Positions 46,374 through 56,084 are shown, counted from the first letter of the stretch. The stretch: 64,000 nucleotides of DNA from a virus (IMGVR_UViG_3300047373_000743:10240-74239); one strand, 5' to 3'. A program made the numbers and translations. The notes: generated by a model not told the origin, from the sequence alone.

Positions 46374-47243
46374 GTGAAAAAATTAAAACATAGTAAATAC
46401 AAAAATACTGGTATATTATTTGAGTTGTTGGTACGGCAAATAACGGCCGACGTACTCGATGGCAATGATACGGCCGATGCGAATAAATTGTTAAAAAAAC
46501 ATTTTGCAGAAAATACAAGTTTAGGAAAAGAACAAAGATTATATCAGTTATTGGTTGAAGAAACTACATCTGATAAATCTCGTGCAGAGTCTTTGTTGGA
46601 AGCAGTTACTCGTAATTATAAAAAGTTATCAACAAAAGAACTTGCTTCTGCTAGATACGAGTTGGTAAAAGATATAAAAGAATCATATCCAATAAATGAT
46701 TTATTTCGTGCCAAAATTAAAAACTACAAAACATATGCAAGTATTTTTAAATTGTTTGAAAGTTATAATCCAAATGTATATTGTGATCCCACGGAGATAA
46801 TAGAGTCAACTGATACTATAATTGGAAACTTATGTACATCCCAATCAAACAAAAATGAAGTAGCTGATGTAAACGAGTACGAAAAGCAAAACGAAGATCT
46901 TAGGTTAATCACATATAAGTTGCTCGTAGATAATTTTAATAAAAAATATAGTGCATTGGATGAATCTCAACAAACACTTCTTAAAAACTACATCAATAAC
47001 ATTTCAAATACAAACAGTTTACGAGAATATATAAACAGCCAAGTTCCGTTAATTAAAACAGAGATTGAAAAATATTCTAAATTTGTAGATGATGATGTTG
47101 TAAAAATTAAGTTAAATGAGGTAGTTTCTCAATTAGATAAAACAACCGAAGGTAAAGTTGTTAAAGATTCACAGGTATCCACGTTGTTAATGAGTTATGA
47201 GTTAGTCAAGGAACTTAAACGACATGCAGACATTGGAAAATAA
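46374..47243 (+). CDS. Putative head-assembly protein
   Basis: KHSKYKNTGILFELLVRQIT; lies between portal and protease. Confidence 0.65.
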   Translation: MKKLKHSKYKNTGILFELLVRQITADVLDGNDTADANKLLKKHFAENTSLGKEQRLYQLLVEETTSDKSRAESLLEAVTRNYKKLSTKELASARYELVKDIKESYPINDLFRAKIKNYKTYASIFKLFESYNPNVYCDPTEIIESTDTIIGNLCTSQSNKNEVADVNEYEKQNEDLRLITYKLLVDNFNKKYSALDESQQTLLKNYINNISNTNSLREYINSQVPLIKTEIEKYSKFVDDDVVKIKLNEVVSQLDKTTEGKVVKDSQVSTLLMSYELVKELKRHADIGK

Positions 47244-47715
47244 ACTTAGGTCTGTAATTAGAGATATTCTCCGAGAAATTATAGAAGAATACTCAGATAT
47301 CACTGAAATAAACACAACTGCCAATATAGACGGATATCAAACTCCATATGCGTTTAGTGGTGATGATGATGACGAAGAATCTCACACAAAAAAAATAAAA
47401 TCAAGAGCAGAGGTATTTGATTTTAAATCTATTAAAAATAAAAAAGAAAATACGGTAAGTATTTCGGAAGGTAAAAGTTTATTTCATCTGTATCGTGATT
47501 CAAGTGATTATACATCCGAGCAAAAACTTGGCATCACTGTACGTGAAATAAATAAACTTTTGAGTGAGATAGATAAACTAGCTACCATTTCATCAAGATT
47601 CAAGATAGAAAAAAACATAAATAATGAAAAAATGTGGAAAACAACAAACCGATATTTAATGAAACTTGATGAAAAAATAAAAAGAATTTCAACAAAAATA
47701 AAAGAATTAAGGTAA
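47224..47715 (+). CDS. Putative prohead core/internal protein
   Basis: KLRSVIRDILREII helix; ITE and ISE sites; YQTPYAF. Confidence 0.65.
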   Translation: MQTLENKLRSVIRDILREIIEEYSDITEINTTANIDGYQTPYAFSGDDDDEESHTKKIKSRAEVFDFKSIKNKKENTVSISEGKSLFHLYRDSSDYTSEQKLGITVREINKLLSEIDKLATISSRFKIEKNINNEKMWKTTNRYLMKLDEKIKRISTKIKELR

Positions 47716-47720
47716 CCGTT

Positions 47721-48155
47721 ATGAAAAATTGTACACGACTAGATGTAGTAACTGCTAATATTAGAGAAGCTGATGATATAAAACCAAAACCATCTCCACA
47801 AAAAAACTCAGATCATATCTGGAATCTTAGAAAAAACTCCATGCCAAGTGAAGAATGGTATGTCTCAGACCAATCTTTGAAAATATCAGAAAGTATAGGA
47901 GGTGGTGAGTCAAACTTAGACGTCAGTATAGTTTATGAAAAAAAATTACAAAAATTCATAAATAAAATAGAATTTAATTTAAATCAAACCGGAGAAAAGC
48001 AACCAAGCAAACTCTCTGATAAAATAATACGTGAGTTAAATAATCTATCGTCAGCAGCCAGCGAACTTGCTCAGAGGTTATCTAAGTCCGATACACCAAC
48101 TGATCTAGTAGAAGATGTTCAAGCAGAACTACCCTCTGAAATTTCTGATGAGTGA
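47721..48155 (+). CDS. Hypothetical protein (head region)
   Basis: Clean ORF; AAGG SD. Confidence 0.6.
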   Translation: MKNCTRLDVVTANIREADDIKPKPSPQKNSDHIWNLRKNSMPSEEWYVSDQSLKISESIGGGESNLDVSIVYEKKLQKFINKIEFNLNQTGEKQPSKLSDKIIRELNNLSSAASELAQRLSKSDTPTDLVEDVQAELPSEISDE

Positions 48156-48762
48156 TCCGAGTATAGAAAAATATAAGTCTGCACTTACAAACCTTGGTGT
48201 AGCAGTTAAGTCTGCACACAAAACGAAAGAAGGAAAGCAATTATCTTCTGATTACTGGGTAGATGTCATTAAGATGTTAAAAAAAGCAAAACTTGGAATA
48301 TCGATGATGGAACTTGGAATTGATGATGAATCAGAAATATCAACTACACATGATACGTCACCTGATTCCGAGTCTAACGCAGATGATTCAAATACACCTC
48401 CAAAATCTCCACCTGATGCTACTGGTGATCCCGATAAGGACACCGATTCAAAGTTGGCTGCAATTGGTTTAAAGAAAGAATCGTATAAAAACAAACAATT
48501 TTACGACACAATGAACCACCTTGGTATATTATTATCAGAGCAGTTTGGTAAAATCAAAAAAGACGGTGCCGAGTATAGTGTGGATATTGATAGTCGTAAG
48601 TTTACAATAAAGTTTGACGATAAGTTTTTTATGGTCACCGAAGACTATAATTTTGAATTAGGTGGTACGGAAGATATTCAGAAGGTGGTTGATACATTCA
48701 CTAAATTATCGTTAGTATCACATGAAGAACTCGTAAGTGAATACAACAAAGACTTGGTTTAA
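48148..48762 (+). CDS. Hypothetical protein (head region)
   Basis: Start set at ATG 48148, overlapping the previous stop. Confidence 0.6.
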   Translation: MSDPSIEKYKSALTNLGVAVKSAHKTKEGKQLSSDYWVDVIKMLKKAKLGISMMELGIDDESEISTTHDTSPDSESNADDSNTPPKSPPDATGDPDKDTDSKLAAIGLKKESYKNKQFYDTMNHLGILLSEQFGKIKKDGAEYSVDIDSRKFTIKFDDKFFMVTEDYNFELGGTEDIQKVVDTFTKLSLVSHEELVSEYNKDLV

Positions 48763-48821
48763 TGGTTATTTCATTAAAAAAATAAATAAATCAGGATACA
48801 TATATACTTATTTATATTAAC

Positions 48822-49451
48822 ATGGCAAAAAAAGTAATAGTATCCACCCTGCCCTTCGAATTTAGTCCTGAGCAGATAAATGAAAGTATAGAAAAGAATT
48901 CTGGAAAACTGGTTGTCAGAGGAATTCTTCAAAAAGCAGCTGAGCAAAACCAAAACGGGAGAGTTTACACACGGTCTTTATTAGAACGAGAAGCAGGTAA
49001 ATATCAAGAACTGATTGATGATCGTAGAGCTCTAGGAGAACTTGACCATCCAGAGAGTAGTGTTGTTAACTTGCAAAATGTAAGTCACAATGTTACTAAA
49101 ATGTGGTGGGATGGTGATAATCTAATTGGAAATGTAGAAGTATTAGGAACTCCATCTGGTAATATTTTAAAAGAATTATTTAAGTCTGGTATCACACTTG
49201 GTATAAGTTCACGTGGAATGGGAACAACCCGTGAGAGTGAAGGAAAAACACTCGTAAACGATGATTTTGAATTGGTGGCATTTGATTTTGTTAGCAATCC
49301 ATCGACACGGGGTGCATTTCTTGAACCAGTTAATTTAAATGAATCAGTTTCATACGACAAAAAAATTGTAACATCTGGTCGTGTTTGTACACAATATTGT
49401 AAAGTAGAAGGACTTGTTCACGAAATATTAGGTGAAATCGGAGAAATGTAA
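48822..49451 (+). CDS. gp21: Prohead core protease (T4 gp21-like)
   Basis: NQNGRVY, ALGELDHP, VSH, GISSRGMG and DFVSNPST. Confidence 0.93.
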   Translation: MAKKVIVSTLPFEFSPEQINESIEKNSGKLVVRGILQKAAEQNQNGRVYTRSLLEREAGKYQELIDDRRALGELDHPESSVVNLQNVSHNVTKMWWDGDNLIGNVEVLGTPSGNILKELFKSGITLGISSRGMGTTRESEGKTLVNDDFELVAFDFVSNPSTRGAFLEPVNLNESVSYDKKIVTSGRVCTQYCKVEGLVHEILGEIGEM

Positions 49452-49912
49452 TGGGCAAAGATATTTCCAAGTTAATAAAATCAACCATTTTAGAAGTTCT
49501 AAAAGAAGAGAAACAAAAGCAACTTAATGAATTCAATCCATCAACGGGTAGGTTTGAGGATGAAGGTCTGTCATCTGAGCAAAAAAAGTTAACATCTGAA
49601 AAAATTTCTAAATTTGGTAATTATCAATCATACATCACCCATGAAGCAAAAGATACGGACATAGCAGAGGATATATGTAATATCGTTGAAAATGCGTCTA
49701 AGTATATTCTCAATGAAACAGATGATTGGTTTGATGCAATGAGTGTAAAACGTAATCTAAAAGAAATCAAAACTCTTGCTAAAGAATTTTACAAAACTGC
49801 AAACGAAAGACAAGTATACACACAACGTATGCAAAGTTTGTATGAAGATATGGGCAACATCCTAAACAGATATTTTGAAATAAACGGAGAAATTACCGAT
49901 GAACAGAAGTGA
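49451..49912 (+). CDS. Putative prohead core/internal protein
   Basis: ISKLIKSTILEVLKE helix; LNE sites; LYEDMGNILNRYFEI. Confidence 0.65.
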   Translation: MGKDISKLIKSTILEVLKEEKQKQLNEFNPSTGRFEDEGLSSEQKKLTSEKISKFGNYQSYITHEAKDTDIAEDICNIVENASKYILNETDDWFDAMSVKRNLKEIKTLAKEFYKTANERQVYTQRMQSLYEDMGNILNRYFEINGEITDEQK

Positions 49913-50630
49913 ACTTAAAAAATATGTAACAAAGATTCTGCTTGAAAAGCTCAACCAGACACCAAGTGTACACGGTAAGCTTGTTAAAAAAACACTTAGC
50001 TATCGTGGTGTGGTGAGGGAGTGTGTTGTAAGTGGAACAATTGAGGATGCAAACTCATATGCAAATGAACACAATTTATCATTTAATATTTCCGAAGATT
50101 CTCATTTTGGAGGTCATTATGTAGATGAAATGACTTCATATGAATTTCAACCAAATCCTGAATTTTATGGAGAAATGATGGAGACATCTATGTCAGCACG
50201 AGAACAACTTGCAAGAATTTGTGGAACAAACGACCAAGTACTTACAGAAGTTGATGTACAAAATACAGAAAAGTTAGTTGAATTCATTTATACAAATGAA
50301 TCTTTTTATAAAGAACGAACAAATTTGGTATTTGAGTTGATTGAAACCAAAGTTGAAAATAGACTGCACGACAGAACTCAATTTAAAAAGTTATTTGAGT
50401 ATTTGGTAAAACAATCATGTTTATTGTATACAGATGATAACATTGAATTATCTGAATCAGAACTTGAATATGCCACTAATCTAATATCTAAACGATTTTT
50501 TGACAATTATGCATCGGGTAAAGAGACCGAGGTTGAAGAAAACACTATATGTGGAAAAAAAACATTTAAAACAGGAAGTGCATTTGAGAATATGCAAAGA
50601 ATAGTATCAGGACACAATATGTTCCTATAA
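49899..50630 (+). CDS. Putative prohead core/internal protein
   Basis: MNRSELKKYVTKILLE helix; C-terminal ENMQRIVSG. Confidence 0.65.
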   Translation: MNRSELKKYVTKILLEKLNQTPSVHGKLVKKTLSYRGVVRECVVSGTIEDANSYANEHNLSFNISEDSHFGGHYVDEMTSYEFQPNPEFYGEMMETSMSAREQLARICGTNDQVLTEVDVQNTEKLVEFIYTNESFYKERTNLVFELIETKVENRLHDRTQFKKLFEYLVKQSCLLYTDDNIELSESELEYATNLISKRFFDNYASGKETEVEENTICGKKTFKTGSAFENMQRIVSGHNMFL

Positions 50631-50642
50631 GGAAATCTAAAT

Positions 50643-51149
50643 ATGAAAATTACAAAAAAAGAACTAAGAGAAGTTATTCAAGAAGTCGCAGACGAACTTG
50701 GATTATTTGAAGGTTTAACTAAAGCACAAGAAAAACTACCAGAACCACTTAAAAAAGCAATTCTTAAAAAGCAAGAGCAAGACGGAGTTTCTGATGATTC
50801 AGATGACGAAAATATCACCGAGGGAAATGCGTGGGGTCTTGCAATTAAAAAAGCAAGAGAAGAAAATCTCAAGGAATTTGAATTCAACGGAAAGAAATAC
50901 AAATTAACTGAAAAGAAAAAGAAAGTTAACGAAGAAACTGAATCCGAAGATACTGATGAGTTTGTGGGTGATGCAGAAGACGAAGTAGAAGAAGGAAACG
51001 CATTCGGTGCAGCTGTCACAAAAGCAAAAGAAGACGGAGAAAAAGAATTCGAAGTTGATGGAAAAACTTACAAGGTGACCGAAGATTGGTCGAAGATAAC
51101 ATTAGCAGAGAAACTTGATAGAATTCTTGGAAATAAACGAGTTTTGTAA
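50643..51149 (+). CDS. Putative head-internal protein with a duplicated ~30-aa module
   Basis: MKITKKELREVIQE; GNA(W/F)G.A..KA.E...KEFE..GK.YK.TE twice. Confidence 0.7.
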   Translation: MKITKKELREVIQEVADELGLFEGLTKAQEKLPEPLKKAILKKQEQDGVSDDSDDENITEGNAWGLAIKKAREENLKEFEFNGKKYKLTEKKKKVNEETESEDTDEFVGDAEDEVEEGNAFGAAVTKAKEDGEKEFEVDGKTYKVTEDWSKITLAEKLDRILGNKRVL

Positions 51150-51180
51150 AAAAATAAACTTAAAAACAACTTAAAATACA

Positions 51181-51208
51181 AAAAAAGGAAGATTTCTTCC
51201 TTTTTTTT
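51181..51208 (+). terminator. Intrinsic (possibly bidirectional) terminator
   Basis: A-run-GGAAGA-TT-TCTTCC-T8. Confidence 0.75.
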
Positions 51209-51240
51209 ATAAATTTTTATATATTTTAGGATATAAGTAT

Positions 51241-51248
51241 ATATTTAT
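51241..51248 (+). promoter_or_regulatory. ATATTTAT putative late box for the scaffold/capsid operon
   Basis: Immediately after the terminator. Confidence 0.65.
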
Positions 51249-51354
51249 TATTCAAAATGTTTTCACTTTATTGAAAACCATATTAAAGGTTTTAATTATT
51301 TGAAGTCCCACTAAAATGACTTTACCAAACTAAACATAAGAAGGATAATTAACC

Positions 51355-52671
51355 ATGAGTAAATTACTTAAAGAAGCTATTGCCGATGCGAAAGCAGTTC
51401 GCGAGACAGCTCTTGCCAATGCAAGACTTGCACTCGAAGAAGCATTCGCACCACGTTTGCAAAGTATGCTTACCAAGAAACTCAAGGAAGAAGAACTTGA
51501 CTTAGAAGACGAAGAATTAGAAGATGAAGTTTCTGATGAAGTTGAAGAAGGTTCTTACTCCGAGGATGACGAGGAAGTAGACGATGTAGTTGCTGACGAA
51601 GAAACTGATGCTGAAGAAGCACCGGTAGAAGAACCAGCAGAAGACGAAGATGAAATTGCCACCGAGGATGATCTTGAAGCAGACGTGTCTGCTGATGAAG
51701 AAGACTTGGGTGTTGACCTTGATGCAGATGTATCTGCTGACGAGGATGAAGTTACCGCCGAGGATGATCTTGAAGCAGAATTGTCACTTGATGACGAGGA
51801 AGAAGAAATTGAAGAAGATTCATTTGATTTAGAGTCTATCATAAAAGAACTTGAACAAGAACTTGATGAAGACATTGAAGATGAATCCGAAGAATCTGAA
51901 GAATCTGAAGAATCTGAAGAACTTGAAGAAAAAGTAGATTGCTATTCGGAAGAAGATGCAGAAGACTATGAAGAAGTTTCTGAAGAAAAAACTGAAGAAG
52001 TTTCTGAAGAAAAAACTGAAGAAGTTGACGAAGATATTGATTTAGAAATCGTTGAAGATAACGAAGAAGAACCAGTAGCAGAAACAACTGAAGAAGAACC
52101 AGTAGCAGAAACAACTGAAGAAGAACCGGTAGCAGAAGAAGAATCAATCGAGGAAGATGAAGAAATCAACCTTGAAGAAATTCTTAAAGAACTTGAAGAG
52201 GAATCTTCAATTGAAGAAGAAGAAACATCGGAATTGGCAGAACTTAAAACTGCAAACGAAAAGCTTCAAAAAGAAAATGATGAATACCGCAAAGTTTACA
52301 AATTTTTGCGAGGTAAGTTAAATGAAGTTAATCTTCTTAATGCAAAACTGCTTTATACAAATAAATTGTTCAAAGCACACGTATTAAACGAAGATCAAAA
52401 GTTAAAAGTCGTAGAAAGTTTTGACCTCACGAAGAATGTTCGTGAAGCAAAATTGGTATACGCAACCCTTGGTGAGAGTTTTTCAACTCACGCACCCAAA
52501 GTAAAGGAAGAAATCAAGTCTGCTCCTAAAAAAGCAAAAACTGAAAAGAATCCTCTTACAGAAGGAATTGCATCCAAGGCAATCAAATCAACAAAACCCT
52601 CCAAGAAGATTTTATCAGAAGGCAACGATCTTGCTGACCGATTTAAGAAACTTGCAGGTATACAATCATAA
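51355..52671 (+). CDS. Prohead scaffolding protein (gp22-equivalent), highly acidic
   Basis: LLKEAIADAKAVRE..LEEAF; E/D-rich centre; LNEVNLLNAKLLY; C-terminal RFKKLAGI; directly upstream of the capsid gene. Confidence 0.82.
   Translation: MSKLLKEAIADAKAVRETALANARLALEEAFAPRLQSMLTKKLKEEELDLEDEELEDEVSDEVEEGSYSEDDEEVDDVVADEETDAEEAPVEEPAEDEDEIATEDDLEADVSADEEDLGVDLDADVSADEDEVTAEDDLEAELSLDDEEEEIEEDSFDLESIIKELEQELDEDIEDESEESEESEESEELEEKVDCYSEEDAEDYEEVSEEKTEEVSEEKTEEVDEDIDLEIVEDNEEEPVAETTEEEPVAETTEEEPVAEEESIEEDEEINLEEILKELEEESSIEEEETSELAELKTANEKLQKENDEYRKVYKFLRGKLNEVNLLNAKLLYTNKLFKAHVLNEDQKLKVVESFDLTKNVREAKLVYATLGESFSTHAPKVKEEIKSAPKKAKTEKNPLTEGIASKAIKSTKPSKKILSEGNDLADRFKKLAGIQS
51880..52143 (+). repeat. 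Short coding tandem repeats in the scaffold (EES x3-4, EEVSEEKT x2, EEEPVAETT about x3)
   Basis: GAATCTGAA units plus 24-nt and 27-nt direct repeats. Confidence 0.85.
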
Positions 52672-52699
52672 CAAAATCTAAAATATAGGAAAACTTATA

Positions 52700-54148
52700 A
52701 TGAGTGAAATTAGTAAATTATTAAAGGAAAGTCACAATCCTCAACAACGTCTTATGGCAGAAACCCGTGGTTTGGTAACAAAATGGGAAAAAACCGGACT
52801 TCTTGAAGGAATTTCGACTGACACAGAAAAGAGTGGTATGTCCATTCTTTTGGAAAACCAAGCAAAGCAGTTGATCGATGAAGCATCACGCACAGGAACC
52901 GATAGTGGTTCAGAAGAATGGAGTGGAGTAGCACTTCCTCTCGTACGTCGTGTGTTCGCAGAAATCGCATCAAAGGAATTCGTTTCCGTTCAACCAATGA
53001 ACCTTCCATCAGGATTGATCTTCTACTTAGACTTCAAGTATGGTTCGGCACAATCACGTCAAGCTTCCGGAAGTCTTTTCGGTGGAACAGGTGCAACCAA
53101 GTCAACAGACGCCGCAACAGGTGGTCTTTATGGTGAAGGTCGTCATGGTTACTCAATCAATGATGTTAAAGTTTCCATTTCCAGTGGTGCAACTTGGCAA
53201 TCAGTAGCCGTAGATTCAGCTGGTGCAGTTGACGGAGATCCAGACGGAGTTCGTGCATTTAAAGTTGTAGGTGATGATGCTTCAAAAGAATCTCTTGATG
53301 CTGACGGAAAAGCACAACAAGATGGAACATTGCATTACCACAGAGCAACAACTGCTACATCACGTGGTGACTTCGAAGCAGCTGCTGACGCAGTTTCTGG
53401 TGCGGTTACTGGTTCCCAAGACGCAGGAATTCCAGAAGTTAACTTGGAACTCAAGAGTGAACCAATCGTTGCAAAGACACGTAAGTTGAAAGCAGTATGG
53501 ACACCAGAGTTGGCACAAGACCTTAATGCTTATCATAGCATTGATGCAGAAGCAGAATTGACTTCTCTTCTTTCCGAGTACGTTTCAATGGAAATTGATT
53601 TGGAAATTCTTGATATGCTTCTTGCACAAGCAGGTACTGTAGACGCAAGTGAGTTCAAAGCAGTTCCAGACGGTGGATTCACCGGTGGTGAAACACAAAG
53701 AGATCACTTCCAAAAACTTGGAACAAAGATTCAAAAGATGAGTAACAACATTCATCAATTGACTCTTCGTGGTGGTGCAAACTTCTTGGTTTGTTCTCCA
53801 CAAGTTGCTACAGTTCTTGAAAGTATCCCAGGATACGCAGCTGACACAGACGGAAATCAGTCTCAGTTCGCAATGGGTGTTTCCAAGGTTGGTGCATTAA
53901 ACAACCGTTTCCAAGTTTACAAGAACCCATACATGACAGGTGATGAAGTTCTTGTTGGATTCCGTGGAACAAACTTCCTCGAAACAGGTGCAGTTTATGC
54001 TCCGTACATTCCGTTGATCCAAACTCCTTTGGTATACGATCCGGTCAATTTTACTCCACGTCGTGGTGTAATGACCCGTTATGCCAAGAAGATGGTTCGT
54101 CCAGAATTCTACGGAAAACTCTCCGTTACAGGTACAGAGTCTCTGTAA
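52700..54148 (+). CDS. gp23: Major capsid protein (T4 gp23-like)
   Basis: KW..TGLLEG, PLVRR, VQPMNLPSGLIF, AKTRKLKAVWTPELAQDL and YAPYIPL..FTPRRGVMTRY. Confidence 0.97.
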   Translation: MSEISKLLKESHNPQQRLMAETRGLVTKWEKTGLLEGISTDTEKSGMSILLENQAKQLIDEASRTGTDSGSEEWSGVALPLVRRVFAEIASKEFVSVQPMNLPSGLIFYLDFKYGSAQSRQASGSLFGGTGATKSTDAATGGLYGEGRHGYSINDVKVSISSGATWQSVAVDSAGAVDGDPDGVRAFKVVGDDASKESLDADGKAQQDGTLHYHRATTATSRGDFEAAADAVSGAVTGSQDAGIPEVNLELKSEPIVAKTRKLKAVWTPELAQDLNAYHSIDAEAELTSLLSEYVSMEIDLEILDMLLAQAGTVDASEFKAVPDGGFTGGETQRDHFQKLGTKIQKMSNNIHQLTLRGGANFLVCSPQVATVLESIPGYAADTDGNQSQFAMGVSKVGALNNRFQVYKNPYMTGDEVLVGFRGTNFLETGAVYAPYIPLIQTPLVYDPVNFTPRRGVMTRYAKKMVRPEFYGKLSVTGTESL

Positions 54149-54173
54149 TTCTGTTTGGAATAACACAAAATTT

Positions 54174-54201
54174 AAGAGGGGTTCTTTTGAACCCCTCTTT
54201 T
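54174..54201 (+). terminator. Intrinsic terminator after the capsid gene
   Basis: AAGAGGGGTTC-TTTT-GAACCCCTCTT followed by Ts. Confidence 0.9.
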
Positions 54202-54229
54202 ATTTTATAACGATTAGTGATGCAACAAT

Positions 54230-54237
54230 ATATTTAT
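54230..54237 (+). promoter_or_regulatory. ATATTTAT putative late promoter box
   Basis: 4 nt before ATG 54242. Confidence 0.6.
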
Positions 54238-54241
54238 AGAC

Positions 54242-55618
54242 ATGGCAGACGAAGAAAACGATAATAATAGTGAACTTGAAAGAGTTAGGTGGGAAGGTGA
54301 AGTATCATCCCCCATCGGAAAAACTCCATTTGGTTTTTTTGATACAGACACAGACTTTGTTTCGTTTGCTCCACGGGCAGCTGATTGGGCTGCGAGACGA
54401 TTGGGATATCCAATTGTTGATATAGAAATGATTGATATGCAGTTTTATGCCTGCTTAGAAGAAGCAGTTTCTGAATATAGTGCTCAAATAAATCAGTTCT
54501 CTATAAAACAAAATATGTACAGTTTAAAAGGAACTTCAACCAGTGTTAATTTAACTACATCAATACTTCAAACACAACCTCTTCCGTTTTATTTAAAACT
54601 ATCAGAGGCATACGGTGCAGAAGTGGGTGCTGGTGGAAACGTAGATTGGAGAAAGGCCAGTTTACAAATAAAATCAGGAGTTCAAACATATGATTTACAA
54701 GGTTTATTTAATCAATATTATATTGATCCAAAAACTGGTGAGAAAAAAATAGAAAAAATTGAAGTTAAAAGAATTTGGCACAACCCACCACCTGCACTAA
54801 ATAGAATTTACGACCCAATGTCAAATTCTGGTATGTCACATTCAAATTTATTAAATGAGTTTAATTGGGGAGGGATGTCTCCGATAGGAACTCAATTTTT
54901 GCTCCGCCCGGTGAACGAAGATTTAATGAGGTTGCAGGCAATTGAATTTAATGAAATGGTGCGAAAAAGTGCATATGGATTTGAGGTGATAAACAATAAA
55001 TTGACTATATTACCAGTTCCACAAAAAGATTTTACGTTGTGGTTTGATTATGTATATAAACGAGAACGAGATATAGCAGCGGTTCAGGGATATGTAGATG
55101 CCGATGAATTCAATACAATGCCAAAAACACAAACCCAAGTTTCGGAAGAAACCACACAACAGGTTGTATCAACCGAAACTACAAACGGTCTCAATGACGG
55201 AACTCCGAAGAATATAAATGATGATACAGAATCAGATGCATTCCCCAAACGACCGTACGAAGGTTCACAGACATCCGTGACCGATGTAAGTAATGTTCCG
55301 TATCAATTTCATAGTTTCTCCACAATTAACGATGTGGGTAAACGTTGGATTATGAAATACTATTTGTCGTTGTGTAAAGAATTACTTGGGGCTATTCGAG
55401 CAAAATACCAAAGTATTCCTATCCCAGGAGGAGAAACTTCATTAGACGGAGATGCATTGCGTTCAGAGGCACAGCAAGAAAAAGAGCAACTTGTTACTGA
55501 GTTAAGAGAAGATTTAGAGGTTACGAGTCGCAGTACAACAAGTGAGCAACTAAATCAAGTATCTGACAATTTACAAGAAAACTTGAGAAAGGTCCCAAAT
55601 TTCTTATACATAGGTTAA
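54242..55618 (+). CDS. Neck protein / head-tail adaptor (gp13-like)
   Basis: RRLGYPIVDIEM..CLEEAV; WIMKY..KELLG.IRAKY..IPGG..LDGDAL. Confidence 0.8.
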   Translation: MADEENDNNSELERVRWEGEVSSPIGKTPFGFFDTDTDFVSFAPRAADWAARRLGYPIVDIEMIDMQFYACLEEAVSEYSAQINQFSIKQNMYSLKGTSTSVNLTTSILQTQPLPFYLKLSEAYGAEVGAGGNVDWRKASLQIKSGVQTYDLQGLFNQYYIDPKTGEKKIEKIEVKRIWHNPPPALNRIYDPMSNSGMSHSNLLNEFNWGGMSPIGTQFLLRPVNEDLMRLQAIEFNEMVRKSAYGFEVINNKLTILPVPQKDFTLWFDYVYKRERDIAAVQGYVDADEFNTMPKTQTQVSEETTQQVVSTETTNGLNDGTPKNINDDTESDAFPKRPYEGSQTSVTDVSNVPYQFHSFSTINDVGKRWIMKYYLSLCKELLGAIRAKYQSIPIPGGETSLDGDALRSEAQQEKEQLVTELREDLEVTSRSTTSEQLNQVSDNLQENLRKVPNFLYIG

Positions 55619-55619
55619 G

Positions 55620-56084
55620 ATGGATTCATTCGGAAGATATTACAGTAGACGTGATGTTAGACTTATGAATAGTATCAATGGAGAGTTGATGCGTGATATA
55701 ATTGAACAAACGGTTGTTATATATAAAATAAATCCAAACGAAACCCAAACCAATGTTTACGATGAGGCAATAACAAAGTATTATTACTCCGGAGTAGAAA
55801 CAACTTGCTTAGTAGAAACCGACCCACAAAGTACTTTATATGAGGGATTTGGTCCTGATGTTAAAAAAGGAACACTATTTAGATTTCACCAAAAATTATG
55901 TGAGATAAAAGAAGTTTATCCCGAAGTGGGTGATATAGTTGCATGGGAACAAGCATATTTTGAATTGTCAAATATAGTTGAAAATCAATTTTTAGGTGGC
56001 CAACCAGAGAAAAATTATAGTTTAATTTGCAACGCACACATGACTCGTTTGAGTAAACTCAACATTACAGAGAGGCAACGATAG
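55620..56084 (+). CDS. Head-closure/neck protein (gp14-like)
   Basis: NVYDEA..YPEVGDIV..YFE; gene position. Confidence 0.65.
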   Translation: MDSFGRYYSRRDVRLMNSINGELMRDIIEQTVVIYKINPNETQTNVYDEAITKYYYSGVETTCLVETDPQSTLYEGFGPDVKKGTLFRFHQKLCEIKEVYPEVGDIVAWEQAYFELSNIVENQFLGGQPEKNYSLICNAHMTRLSKLNITERQR

